From an uncultured Synergistaceae bacterium (GTDB lineage Bacteria; Synergistota; Synergistia; Synergistales; Dethiosulfovibrionaceae): DNA of 64,000 nt. The notes beneath the pieces were generated by a model. The model worked only from the letters and a program-made list of their open reading frames with translations. It was not told the DNA's origin and ran no database searches. Position numbers and translations under genes: made by a program. Shown one piece after another: positions 28,530 through 38,633 of the stretch. Position 1 is the stretch's first letter; every line of letters begins with the position of its first letter. The stretch spans positions 6,734 to 70,733 of the forward strand of contig CABTYW010000001.1 in NCBI GenBank assembly GCA_902489135.1, written 5' to 3'.

Positions 28530-29672
28530 ATGTTCATGAGAAAAAGATGGTACGCATTGGCAACCGCTGTGACGTGCATGGGCGCTCTGGCCTCAGGCGC
28601 TTTCGCCGCCGAGGCTTTTAAACTGGGCGGCACGGGACCGCTGACGGGCGGCGCGGCCATTTACGGCAACGCGGCAAAGAACGGCGCACAGATTGCCGTG
28701 GACGAAATCAACGCTGCCGGCGGGCCCATCAAATTTGAGCTGAAGTACGAAGACGACACTCACGACGCCGAAAAAGCGGTGAACGCCTATAACGTGCTGA
28801 AAGACTGGGGAATGCAGCTTTCTCTGGGGTCCGTTACGTCGAAGCCCTGCGAAGCGACGGCGGCGGAGAACTTCGCCGACCGCATTTTCGCCCTCACCCC
28901 CTCGGCTTCCTCCGTAGCCGTCACCATGGATAAGGACAACGTCTTCCAGATGTGCTTCGTAGACCCCAATCAGGGATCCGCTTCAGCCCGCTACATCGCC
29001 GAGAAGAACCTGGGCTCTAAAATCGCCGTCATCTGGAAGAACGACGACGTCTATTCCAAAGGCATTCACGATACCTTCATCGAAGAGGCGCCCGCCCATA
29101 AACTGACCGTCGTCAGCGACACCACCTTTGCCGACGGCAACGACACGGACTTCTCGGTGCAGCTTTCCGAAGCGCGGCAGGCCGGTGCCGATCTGGTGTT
29201 CCTCCCCATGTACTATCAGCACGCCTCTTTAATTCTCGCTCAGGCGGCCGGCATGGGCTACGCCCCCAAATGGTTCGGCGTGGACGGAATGGACGGAATT
29301 TTGACCATGGAAGGCTTCAATACCGCTCTGGCGGAGGGCGTCATGCTTCTGACGCCTTTCAGCGCCGATTCAAAGGACCCCCGCAGCCAGGCCTTTGTGG
29401 CTGAATATCAGAAGCGCTTCGGGGAGATTCCCAATCAGTTTGCCGCCGACGCTTACGACTGCGTTTACGCCTACGCCCAGGCGCTGAGCGACACCAAAGC
29501 GACGCCCGACATGTCCGCCGAAAAGCTCAACGACCTGATGATCCAGCAGTTCACCACCATGACCTTCAACGGCATTACGGGCACCCACATGACCTGGAGC
29601 TCCAAGGGAGCCGTCAGCAAAGATCCCAAGGGCATGGTCATCAAAAGCGGCGTGTACGTGGGACTTGATTAA
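28530..29672 (+). CDS. livK: Branched-chain amino acid ABC transporter substrate-binding protein
   Basis: Signal peptide; GPLTGGAAIYG, AVDEINAAGG, TDFSVQL, NQFAADAYD. Confidence 0.88.
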   Translation: MFMRKRWYALATAVTCMGALASGAFAAEAFKLGGTGPLTGGAAIYGNAAKNGAQIAVDEINAAGGPIKFELKYEDDTHDAEKAVNAYNVLKDWGMQLSLGSVTSKPCEATAAENFADRIFALTPSASSVAVTMDKDNVFQMCFVDPNQGSASARYIAEKNLGSKIAVIWKNDDVYSKGIHDTFIEEAPAHKLTVVSDTTFADGNDTDFSVQLSEARQAGADLVFLPMYYQHASLILAQAAGMGYAPKWFGVDGMDGILTMEGFNTALAEGVMLLTPFSADSKDPRSQAFVAEYQKRFGEIPNQFAADAYDCVYAYAQALSDTKATPDMSAEKLNDLMIQQFTTMTFNGITGTHMTWSSKGAVSKDPKGMVIKSGVYVGLD

Positions 29673-29908
29673 ATTTCGGTTTCGCCCCTTTTATTGAAAA
29701 ACTGACGGCACAAGAGTCAGGGCCTCTTTTTCATCGAAGCGTTTTCATTTCAAAGGGGGCGAAGGGGCAGTTTATTCCTCCGCTTTCAGGGAGTGCCGTC
29801 GGAATGACCGCCATGGCGGCCTTTTGGCGGCACTTCCGTTTTTCGATTTTCCGGCAGCGCCGACCGCCGCTTCAGTTGAGATTATTCCGTTAAATTCAGA
29901 GGTGTGCC

Positions 29909-30790
29909 ATGATTTTTCTGCATTACATTATCAGCGGGATCAGCCTGGGCAGCATTTATGCCATTATCGCCCTGGGATACACCATGGTTTACGGCATCGC
30001 CAGGATGCTGAACTTCGCCCACGGCGACGTGATTATGGTGGGGGCCTATGTGTGCTTTTATGCCGTCTTTCGGTTTCAGTTGCCTGCGGCATTGGGCGTC
30101 GTTCTGTCCGTCGTCCTGTGCACCGTACTGGGCGTCGTGGTGGAAAAACTGGCTTACAAACCGCTGCGCAACGTCCCCTCGCTGGCCGTGCTCATCACGG
30201 CCATCGGCGTGAGCTATTTTCTCCAAAACACGGCGTTGCTGCTGTGGACGTCCAATCCCAAGATGTTCCCCTCCATTGTGGGGAACGGCGCAGTAAAGTT
30301 CTTCGACGGTCAGCTGTCGGTCTCCCTGGTCACGCTGGTCACCATCGTGTCATGCGTGGTCATCATGGCGGGGCTGTCGGCCTTCGTCTCCAAAACCCGT
30401 ATGGGCATGGCCATGCGCGCCTGCGCCGAAGACAAAGCGGCGGCCCAGCTCATGGGCATCAACGTCAACGGCACGATTTCACTGACCTTCGCCATCGGCT
30501 CGGGACTGGCGGCCATAGCCGGCATTTTGCTCTGTTCGGCCTACCCCACTCTCATGCCCACCACGGGCTCTCTGCCGGGCATCAAAGCTTTTACCGCGGC
30601 CGTCTTCGGCGGCATCGGTTCCATTCCCGGCGCGCTGGTGGGCGGACTGCTGTTGGGCATCATTGAGATTTTCGCCAAGGCCTATATCTCCACGCAGCTT
30701 TCCGACGCGGTGGTCTTTACGGTTCTCATCGTCGTTCTGCTGGTCAGGCCGGCGGGACTTCTGGGACGTCACATTCAGGAGAAGGTTTGA
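29909..30790 (+). CDS. livH: BCAA ABC transporter permease
   Basis: GSIYAIIALGYTMVYG...NFAHG, AAVFGGIGSIPGA. Confidence 0.92.
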   Translation: MIFLHYIISGISLGSIYAIIALGYTMVYGIARMLNFAHGDVIMVGAYVCFYAVFRFQLPAALGVVLSVVLCTVLGVVVEKLAYKPLRNVPSLAVLITAIGVSYFLQNTALLLWTSNPKMFPSIVGNGAVKFFDGQLSVSLVTLVTIVSCVVIMAGLSAFVSKTRMGMAMRACAEDKAAAQLMGINVNGTISLTFAIGSGLAAIAGILLCSAYPTLMPTTGSLPGIKAFTAAVFGGIGSIPGALVGGLLLGIIEIFAKAYISTQLSDAVVFTVLIVVLLVRPAGLLGRHIQEKV

Positions 30791-30793
30791 GCC

Positions 30794-31861
30794 ATGAAAA
30801 AGATGATCAGTCTGAAGCGCTCCGAAGCCCGGCGGGTTTGGGGAAGTTATGCCTTCGTGGCTCTGTGTTACCTTATACTCAAGGGGATGATCGCCGGACA
30901 CGCGCTGAGTTCCGCCATGCGCGGAATGTTGGTGCCCATCTGCGCCTACGCCGTCATGGCGGTTTCGCTTAACCTGGTGGTGGGCATTCTGGGCGAGCTG
31001 TCCCTGGGACACGCGGGATTTATGTCCGTCGGCGCCTTTTCCGGCGTCGCCTGCTCCATTCTGCTTCAGCCCTGGATTCCCTTCGGGCCGCTGCGGCTGG
31101 TGCTTTCTCTGCTCTGCGGAGCGACCTTTGCCGGCGCCGCGGGATTTCTCATCGGCATCCCCGTGCTGCGCCTGCGGGGCGACTATCTGGCCATTGTCAC
31201 GCTGGCTTTCGGCGAAATTATCAAAAGTCTGCTGAACAATTTCTACTTCGGCGTTGACCAAACAGGGCTTCATCTGTCCATGCTGAAAGACGCCACGGGG
31301 CTGCTGAAAGGCGGCCGAATGATCATTAACGGCCCCATGGGAATTGGAGGAATACGCAAGATCGCCACCTTCGGCGCCGGCACGCTGTTGCTTCTGCTGG
31401 CTCTGGTGATTGTCTACGACCTGTGCAACAGCCGCTGGGGACGGGCTTTTATGGCCATCCGCGACGACCGGATTGCCGCCGAAAGCGTGGGCATCGACAT
31501 CACGCGCTTCAAAATGACGGCTTTCGTCATCTCGGCGGCGCTGGCGGGCGCAGCAGGCGCGCTCTTCGCCCAAAACTACTCTACCGTGGTGGCCAATAAA
31601 TTCGACTTCAACACGTCCATTTTAATTCTGGTGTTCGTCGTTCTGGGCGGGCAGGGAAATCTCATGGGCTCCATCATCGCCGCCGCCGTGCTGACGGTGC
31701 TGCCCGAAAAGCTGCGGAATTTTCGCGATTACCGTATGCTCATCTACGCAGTGACGCTCATCGGCATCATGTTGGTCACCAACAACGCGACGCTGAGAGT
31801 TTTTTTCAGCAGGATCAATCCCGCTTCTCAACGCGGCCGATCAAGGAGGTCTCGCTCATGA
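30794..31861 (+). CDS. livM: BCAA ABC transporter permease
   Basis: GELSLGHAGF, LRLRGDYLAIVTLAFGE, AIRDDRIAA. Confidence 0.92.
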   Translation: MKKMISLKRSEARRVWGSYAFVALCYLILKGMIAGHALSSAMRGMLVPICAYAVMAVSLNLVVGILGELSLGHAGFMSVGAFSGVACSILLQPWIPFGPLRLVLSLLCGATFAGAAGFLIGIPVLRLRGDYLAIVTLAFGEIIKSLLNNFYFGVDQTGLHLSMLKDATGLLKGGRMIINGPMGIGGIRKIATFGAGTLLLLLALVIVYDLCNSRWGRAFMAIRDDRIAAESVGIDITRFKMTAFVISAALAGAAGALFAQNYSTVVANKFDFNTSILILVFVVLGGQGNLMGSIIAAAVLTVLPEKLRNFRDYRMLIYAVTLIGIMLVTNNATLRVFFSRINPASQRGRSRRSRS

Positions 31862-32715
31862 GCGCCACGAAGCTTGTTCCCGTGCCCTCACGGGGCATGG
31901 TTCCCGAACGGGACGTCACGCGATCGCCCATTTTGGAGTGCATCAATCTCGGCCTGACCATCGGCGGCCTGCACATCGTGGAAAATTTCGACCTCACCAT
32001 CGGGCGCACTGAAATCGCCGGCCTCATCGGACCCAACGGCGCCGGCAAGACGACGATTTTCAACCTTCTTACGAAGGTGTATCAGCCTACGTCGGGTTCG
32101 GTGCTTCTCGACGGCGAGGACACGGCAAACATGTCGCCCATAGCGGTCAACCGCCTCGGCATCGCCCGAACGTTTCAGAACATTCGTCTTTTCAACAATC
32201 TCAGCGTGGCGGACAACGTGAAGGTGGCCATGACCAACGACACTCATTACAGTCTCTTCAGCGCGCTGTTCCACACCTCCGCTTATCGCCGGCGCGAACT
32301 TGCCGCTCATCACCGCGCGCTGAAGCTGCTCTCCATTTTCGACATGCAGAACGTGGCGGACGTGAGAGCCGGGTCGCTGCCCTACGGCGCGCAGCGCCGC
32401 CTCGAGATCGTTCGGGCACTGGCCACGTATCCATCTCTGCTGCTGCTGGACGAGCCGGCGGCGGGGATGAATCCCTCCGAGACTCTGGAACTGGCCGACA
32501 GCATCCGCCGCATTCACGAGCTTTTTCCCATTGCGGTGATGCTCATCGAACATGACATGAACCTGGTGATGAATCTCTGCGAGGGCATCTGTGTGCTCAA
32601 CTTCGGCCGCATCATCGCCAAGGGCACTCCCGCGGACATTCAGGGCAACCCGGCGGTCATCGAGGCCTATTTGGGACGGCAGAAGGAGGAAGTCCATGAC
32701 AGACACCATTCTTAG
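31858..32715 (+). CDS. livG: BCAA ABC transporter ATP-binding protein
   Basis: GPNGAGKTT, ARTFQNIRLF, LPYGAQRRLEI, DEPAAG. Confidence 0.92.
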   Translation: MSATKLVPVPSRGMVPERDVTRSPILECINLGLTIGGLHIVENFDLTIGRTEIAGLIGPNGAGKTTIFNLLTKVYQPTSGSVLLDGEDTANMSPIAVNRLGIARTFQNIRLFNNLSVADNVKVAMTNDTHYSLFSALFHTSAYRRRELAAHHRALKLLSIFDMQNVADVRAGSLPYGAQRRLEIVRALATYPSLLLLDEPAAGMNPSETLELADSIRRIHELFPIAVMLIEHDMNLVMNLCEGICVLNFGRIIAKGTPADIQGNPAVIEAYLGRQKEEVHDRHHS

Positions 32716-33418
32716 CGTCAAGGACATCAACGTCTATTACGGCAGCATTCACGCCATCAAGGGCATTTCCTTCGACGTCCGTCAGGGAGAAATCGTCACC
32801 CTCATCGGCGCCAACGGGGCGGGAAAATCCACCACGCTGAACACCATCTCGGGACTTTTGCGCTCACGCACGGGCAGCATTACCTTCTGCGGAGAGCCGA
32901 TCGGCAAGATCCCCGCTTATCGGCTGGTCTCCAGGGGATTGGCCCAGGTTCCCGAGGGCCGTCATGTGTTTCTCCACATGACCGTCAGAGAAAATCTGGA
33001 GCTGGGAGCCTTCACTCGCTACCGGCACGGAACGGCGGCGCGAAATAAAGATCTGGACGCGGTTTACAGTCTGTTCCCGCGGCTGGGCGAGCGCCGCGGC
33101 CAGATGGCCGGCACCCTTTCGGGCGGCGAGCAGCAGATGCTCGCCATGGGGCGCGCGCTGATGGGACACCCTCAGCTTCTCATGCTCGACGAACCTTCCA
33201 TGGGACTGGCGCCGATTCTGGTAGAAGAAATCTTCAAGATCATCGTCAACCTGAACCGCAACGGTTCCACTGTCCTGCTGGTGGAGCAGAACGCCCGCAT
33301 GGCTCTCTCCGCGGCTGACCGCGGTTACGTCATGGAAACGGGAAAAATCGTGGCCTCGGGCACGGGCAGCCAACTGATGAACTCTCCGGAAATCAAAAAG
33401 GCCTATCTCGGCGGCTAG
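32696..33418 (+). CDS. livF: BCAA ABC transporter ATP-binding protein
   Basis: GANGAGKST, VPEGR, LSGGEQQM, DEPSMGLAP, AYLGG; AAGGAGG RBS before ATG 32696. Confidence 0.92.
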   Translation: MTDTILSVKDINVYYGSIHAIKGISFDVRQGEIVTLIGANGAGKSTTLNTISGLLRSRTGSITFCGEPIGKIPAYRLVSRGLAQVPEGRHVFLHMTVRENLELGAFTRYRHGTAARNKDLDAVYSLFPRLGERRGQMAGTLSGGEQQMLAMGRALMGHPQLLMLDEPSMGLAPILVEEIFKIIVNLNRNGSTVLLVEQNARMALSAADRGYVMETGKIVASGTGSQLMNSPEIKKAYLGG

Positions 33419-34013
33419 AAACGCACGCCCGAAAAATTCGGGAAAAATTCCCTGGCGGGCATGCCGCGAGTGCCGTCGCTGCGCCGACTTTCATCGAGTC
33501 GGCGCAGCGATTTGTATTTTCAGAGAGCGCCTTCCATCGTATAAAACTTTTCCCGGCGCCATGGGGAAATATGGCGCTGCCGTTTCGCCTGAACGCCGTT
33601 TTTATTTTCTCAACGGCGCGCACTTCCCCGCCGCACTGCGGTTTGCGGTTCGCCGGCTCTCGGGTTTCCCGGGATTTGGCATCAAAGACCCCGCCGCCGA
33701 CGCGAAACCCCATTCAAAACAGGCGATAATCAGCGCGGCGGAAAACCGCCTGCACGTCCTTTACCACCATTTGCCGTTATATTATTTTTATATTGTCCTT
33801 GTTTTGCTGGATAAAAACGTGTAGAATACTTAAATAAATGACACTTTCTCATGAATTTCGAGACAAAAAGAAAACGGTCGGCCGGCACGTCATCGACCTG
33901 CGCTTTTGATGCCTCATGCCTCTCACCATTTCATGAGAAGTGGCGGTCGCCCCGCCTGCCGTAGGGGACGGCAGCGGCACGCCGCATAACTTCGTAATTG
34001 GGGGAAGGAAACT

Positions 34014-35846
34014 GTGAGCAGACTCAGCATCGTCACCCAAAATCAGGCCCAGACCACCGTCGAGGGCCTCTACAAGGACATGGAGCGAAGGATACAGGCC
34101 AGTCCGCCCGATTTGTGCCCCATTGACCTGGCCGTCTCATTTCTCCATATCTGCCACTCTCAGTCCTGCGGCAAATGCGTTCCCTGCCGCGTGGGACTGA
34201 AACGTCTCGAGGAAATGCTCGACGACGTGCTCAACGGATCGGCGACGGAGAAAACCATTGACACCATCGAGAGCACGGCCGAAAGCATCTCCATTTCCTC
34301 GGACTGCGCCATCGGACAGGAAGCCGCCAGAATGGTGCTCAAGGGTGTTCGAGGCTTCCGCGAAGACTTTGAGGAGCACATCGCCCACGGCCGCTGCATG
34401 ACCCTTCAAAACCAGCCGGTACCCTGCGTGGCGCTGTGCCCGGCTCACGTGGACATTCCCGGTTATGTGGCGCTGATCCACGCGGGCCGCTACGCCGACG
34501 CCGTTCGGCTGATCCGCAAGGACAACCCTCTTCCCGCCGTGTGCGGCATGATCTGCGAGCATCCCTGCGAGAACCGCTGCCGCCGCACCATGGTGGACAA
34601 CCCCATCAACATCAGAGGCCTCAAACGCTACGCCGTGGAACATGCCGAGGAAGTTCCCGTTCCCGAACCCATGCCCTCCACGGGCAAAAAAATCGCCGTT
34701 ATCGGCGGCGGCCCCGCGGGACTGAGCGCCGCTTACTATCTGGCCATTATGGGACACGACGTCACCATTTACGAACAGCGCAAAAAACTGGGCGGCATGC
34801 TGCGTTACGGAATTCCCGCCTATCGCCTGCCGCGGGAGGTTCTTGACCGCGAAATCGACGGCCTTCTGGCCGCCGGCATCCACGTCATCACCGAAACCAG
34901 CGTGGGCGCCGACATTTCCATCGCTCAGCTGCGCGAAAGCTACGACGCGCTTTACATCGCCATCGGCGCTCACATCGACCGCAAGCTGGGAATTGACGGA
35001 GAAGAGGCTCAAGGCGTCATCTCCGCCGTGGAAATGCTCCGCTCCATCGGCGACGATCAGTTCCCCGACTTTACCGGCATGGACATCTGCGTCGTCGGCG
35101 GCGGCAACGTGGCCATGGACGTGGCGCGCTCCGCCGTCCGCTGCGGCGCGAAAAGCGTGAAAATCGTTTATCGCCGCCGCAAGGCCGATATGACCGCTCT
35201 GCCCGAAGAAGTGGAAGGTGCCGTAGCCGACGGTTGTGACATCATGGAACTTCACGCGCCCATGGGCATCAACAGGGACGCCGACGGCAAAGCCGTGTCG
35301 CTTCGCGTCAAACCGCAGATCGTCGGCGAAATCAAAAACAACCGCCCCGTGCCGTGCAACTCGGCACAGGATGAGTTCGACATTCCCTGCGACCGCGTTC
35401 TGGTGGCCGTCGGCCAGGGCATTGAATCCCGCAAATTCGAGCAGTACGGAATCCCCGTCAAGCGCGGCACCATCGAAAGCCTTGACACCACCGGCGTCAA
35501 GGACACCACGGGTATTTTCGCCGGCGGCGACTGCGTCACCGGCCCGGCGACGGTGATCCGCGCCATCGCCGGCGGCAAAGTTGCGGCAGCCAATATCGAT
35601 GAATATCTCGGGTTCAACCACGTCATTGAAAGCGGCGTGGAGGTGCCCCAGGTCCGCTTTGACGATCACAAATCCTGCGGCCGCGTGAATATGCGCGAAC
35701 GCGCTGCGGCGGAACGTATTCACGACTTCAAGCTCATGGAAATCGGCATGACCGACGAAGAAGCGTGCCAGGAGTCAGGACGCTGTCTGCGCTGCGATCA
35801 CTTCGGCTACGGTCTGTTCAGAGGAGGCAGAGTCGAAAAATGGTAA
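34014..35846 (+). CDS. Fe-S flavoprotein: NuoF-type 4Fe-4S domain fused to GltD/NfnA-like NAD(P)H oxidoreductase
   Basis: SCGKCVPCRVG...SDCAIG; PCVALCP...CGMICEHPCENRCRR; GGGPAG; GGGNVAMD; YRR; C-terminal RCLRCD. Confidence 0.88.
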   Translation: MSRLSIVTQNQAQTTVEGLYKDMERRIQASPPDLCPIDLAVSFLHICHSQSCGKCVPCRVGLKRLEEMLDDVLNGSATEKTIDTIESTAESISISSDCAIGQEAARMVLKGVRGFREDFEEHIAHGRCMTLQNQPVPCVALCPAHVDIPGYVALIHAGRYADAVRLIRKDNPLPAVCGMICEHPCENRCRRTMVDNPINIRGLKRYAVEHAEEVPVPEPMPSTGKKIAVIGGGPAGLSAAYYLAIMGHDVTIYEQRKKLGGMLRYGIPAYRLPREVLDREIDGLLAAGIHVITETSVGADISIAQLRESYDALYIAIGAHIDRKLGIDGEEAQGVISAVEMLRSIGDDQFPDFTGMDICVVGGGNVAMDVARSAVRCGAKSVKIVYRRRKADMTALPEEVEGAVADGCDIMELHAPMGINRDADGKAVSLRVKPQIVGEIKNNRPVPCNSAQDEFDIPCDRVLVAVGQGIESRKFEQYGIPVKRGTIESLDTTGVKDTTGIFAGGDCVTGPATVIRAIAGGKVAAANIDEYLGFNHVIESGVEVPQVRFDDHKSCGRVNMRERAAAERIHDFKLMEIGMTDEEACQESGRCLRCDHFGYGLFRGGRVEKW

Positions 35847-37573
35847 ATGTCGTCATTGACGGAAAGGAAATTCACGTCCCGCCCAAAACCACCATCCTCG
35901 ACGCCGCTAAAGCCGCGGGAATTCACGTTCCCACGCTCTGCTTTCTGAGAAACATCAACGAAATCGGCGCCTGTCGAATTTGCGTCGTTGAAGTCGAGGG
36001 CTACGAGAGACTTTTCACGGCATGCAACAACCCCGTCGAAGAGGGCATGATCATTCACACCAACAGCCGCAAGGCCCGCGAAGCCCGCCGAAACAATCTG
36101 CTGATGATCCTTTCGGAGCATGACGTCAACTGCACGCTGTGCGTGCGCAGCGGCAACTGCGAGCTTCAGCAGATTTCCAACGAACTAAACATTCACGACA
36201 GCCCCTTCAGGAAGCAGATCGACCATCGCCGCACCAACGCCGATTTTCCGCTGATCCGCGATTTCTCGCGCTGCATCAAGTGCATGCGCTGTGTTCAGGT
36301 CTGCGACAACATTCAGCACACCAACGTGTGGGACGTCGTCAACACGGGACAGAAGGCCATCGTTGACGTCAAAGGCGTCTACGCTCTCGAGGACTCACGG
36401 TGCACGCTGTGCGGTCAGTGCATCACTCACTGTCCCACGGCCGCGCTCATTGAGCGCGACGACACTCAAAAAGTTCTGGACGCCATTGACGATCCCGAGA
36501 AAATTGTCCTCGTTCAGATCGCGCCGGCCCCACGGACGGCGTGGGGCGAAGAGTTCGGCATGAAACCCCAGGTCGCCACCGTCAATCGTCTGGCGGCGGC
36601 GCTGCGCATGGCCGGCATCGACTATGTGTTCGATACCAATTTCTCCGCCGACCTGACCATTATGGAAGAGGGCAGCGAGTTTATCGAGCGCCTGAAAAAT
36701 GCCGACTCCGCTGAATTCCCCATGTTCACCTCCTGCTGTCCCGGATGGGTGCGCTACGTCAAAGGGCACTGGCCGCAGTTCGTCGATCGACTTTCGTCGG
36801 CCAAATCGCCGCAGCAGATGTTCGGCGCCGTCGCCAAAACGTGGTACGCTCAGACTTTGGGCGTCGATCCGTCAAGGATTTTTTCGGTGTCCGTCATGCC
36901 CTGCCTGGCCAAAAAGGCCGAGTGCGCCCTGCCGATCATGAACAGTGCCGGCTCGGGGCAGGACGTGGACGTGGCGCTGACCACCCGTGAGGTGGGCCGT
37001 CTGATCCGTTCGCTCCAAATCCATCCCGAAGACCTCAAAGACGAGCCGCTGGATATGCCCTTCGGCATCGGCAGCGGTGCGGGCGCCATTTTCGGCGCCA
37101 CAGGCGGCGTCATGGAAGCGGCGCTGCGCAGCGCCTACTACCTGGTGACGGGCAAAAACGCCGAGCCCGACGCCTTCAAGGGCGTGCGCGGCATGGAAGG
37201 CTGGAAGGAAGCGCAATTCGATCTGGCCGGCAAAACTCTGAAAGTCGCCGTAGTCAACGGTCTGGGCAATGCCGACGCGCTTTTGACGGCTCTCGCCAAG
37301 GGCAAGGTTCACTATGACTTCGTGGAAGTGATGGCCTGTCCCGGCGGCTGCGTCGGCGGCGGCGGACAGCCCATTCACGGGCACGTGGAGATGGCGCCGC
37401 TTCGCGCCCCCACGCTGTACGACATTGACCGACGCATGAAGCTGCGCTTCTCCCACGAAAATCCTTCAATCATCCGATGCTACAGAGAATTCCTGGGAAA
37501 GCCCCTGTCGGAAAGGTCCCACCGCCTGCTTCACACCACCTACCACGACTGGAAACTGCCCGGCGAGAAATAA
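35840..37573 (+). CDS. hydA: [FeFe]-hydrogenase group A catalytic subunit
   Basis: H-cluster motifs FTSCCPGW, MPCLAKKAE, EVMACPGGCVGGGGQP; N-terminal 2Fe-2S, His-ligated (HDVNCTLC...C) and 2x4Fe-4S domains; GAGGAGG RBS. Confidence 0.95.
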   Translation: MVNVVIDGKEIHVPPKTTILDAAKAAGIHVPTLCFLRNINEIGACRICVVEVEGYERLFTACNNPVEEGMIIHTNSRKAREARRNNLLMILSEHDVNCTLCVRSGNCELQQISNELNIHDSPFRKQIDHRRTNADFPLIRDFSRCIKCMRCVQVCDNIQHTNVWDVVNTGQKAIVDVKGVYALEDSRCTLCGQCITHCPTAALIERDDTQKVLDAIDDPEKIVLVQIAPAPRTAWGEEFGMKPQVATVNRLAAALRMAGIDYVFDTNFSADLTIMEEGSEFIERLKNADSAEFPMFTSCCPGWVRYVKGHWPQFVDRLSSAKSPQQMFGAVAKTWYAQTLGVDPSRIFSVSVMPCLAKKAECALPIMNSAGSGQDVDVALTTREVGRLIRSLQIHPEDLKDEPLDMPFGIGSGAGAIFGATGGVMEAALRSAYYLVTGKNAEPDAFKGVRGMEGWKEAQFDLAGKTLKVAVVNGLGNADALLTALAKGKVHYDFVEVMACPGGCVGGGGQPIHGHVEMAPLRAPTLYDIDRRMKLRFSHENPSIIRCYREFLGKPLSERSHRLLHTTYHDWKLPGEK

Positions 37574-37719
37574 CGGGACGTTTCCCTCCGATTTTTGCTG
37601 AAAAAACTGAACAATCATTGCGCACACAAAGGAAAGTTCCGCGCCGTCCATTGGACAGCGCGGAACTTTTACGGTATTTTAGAGGCGAACTTTTCATTAC
37701 GGCAGACGGGGCGAAACTC

Positions 37720-38577
37720 ATGAACGACAGGACGGACCTCTTTCAAACTTTGGATTTCGGCGACGGAATTCTGCGAATTCAGGGATCGGGATCGGTGTTC
37801 TGTTACCTTGTCCGCGGCGCGGAACGGGCCCTTCTCATCGACACCATGACGGGACTGGGGAACCTGCGGTTTCGGCTGAACCGCGTCACCGATCTTCCCG
37901 TCACGGTGGTCTGCACTCACGGGCACTTCGACCACATCGGCGGGACGGCGGACTTTCCGACGGCATGGATCCCCCGGGGTGATGCGGTGATGCTGCAGGA
38001 GCAGCAGTGCAGCGAGCGCAAATACTGGCTGGAAAACATGCTCTGCACGCTGCGCCGTCTGCCGCTGAAGTTCTCCCACGAAGATTTCACGCCCGCTCAC
38101 GGCGTGGTCTGGCGCGGCCTTTGCGGCGGCAAAACCTTCGATCTCGGCGGACGGATCGTCACCGCTGTGGACATCCCCGGCCACACCGTGGGCTCCACGG
38201 GCTACCTGGACTCGAAGACGGGCACGCTTTTTGTGGGCGACGCCGGCAGCCGCAGCACCTATCTGTTTCTCCACTGGTCGCGCTCCGTCGAAGGCTATCT
38301 TGAGGGACTACTGCGCCTCAAAGATCGCTGGGGGTCCCGGATCAAACGGTGGTTCAACTTTCACAATTACACCGAAATGCCCGCCGACATCCTCGACGAC
38401 CTCATCAATGCCTGCCGCTGCGCTCTCCACGGCAAAATCACGGGGCAGAAGTTCCGCGGCACCGAGCTTTTCCGCTTTGTCTATCCCGTGGACAAAAAGT
38501 GGCGGCGCCTCGACGGCGGGTACGGCAACATCATTGTTCGCCTTGACCGTCTGCGCATGGAAGACGAACCCTTTTAA
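37720..38577 (+). CDS. MBL-fold metallo-hydrolase
   Basis: LIDT, THGHFDHIGG (HxHxDH), PGHTVGS, LFVGD. Confidence 0.88.
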   Translation: MNDRTDLFQTLDFGDGILRIQGSGSVFCYLVRGAERALLIDTMTGLGNLRFRLNRVTDLPVTVVCTHGHFDHIGGTADFPTAWIPRGDAVMLQEQQCSERKYWLENMLCTLRRLPLKFSHEDFTPAHGVVWRGLCGGKTFDLGGRIVTAVDIPGHTVGSTGYLDSKTGTLFVGDAGSRSTYLFLHWSRSVEGYLEGLLRLKDRWGSRIKRWFNFHNYTEMPADILDDLINACRCALHGKITGQKFRGTELFRFVYPVDKKWRRLDGGYGNIIVRLDRLRMEDEPF

Positions 38578-38583
38578 CCGAAC

Positions 38584-38623
38584 GAACGCGCTTCGCCGTG
38601 TGGGCTGAGCGCGTTCTTTTTTT
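38584..38623 (+). terminator. Rho-independent terminator
   Basis: GAACGCGCT / AGCGCGTTC stem followed by T run. Confidence 0.7.
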
Positions 38624-38633
38624 CGTCTTCGTC

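Noticed and set aside
34014..35846. Calling this gene gltD or hydB
   Set aside because: No glutamate synthase large subunit is adjacent and there is no FMN/NADH-binding NuoF core; it is a hybrid architecture.
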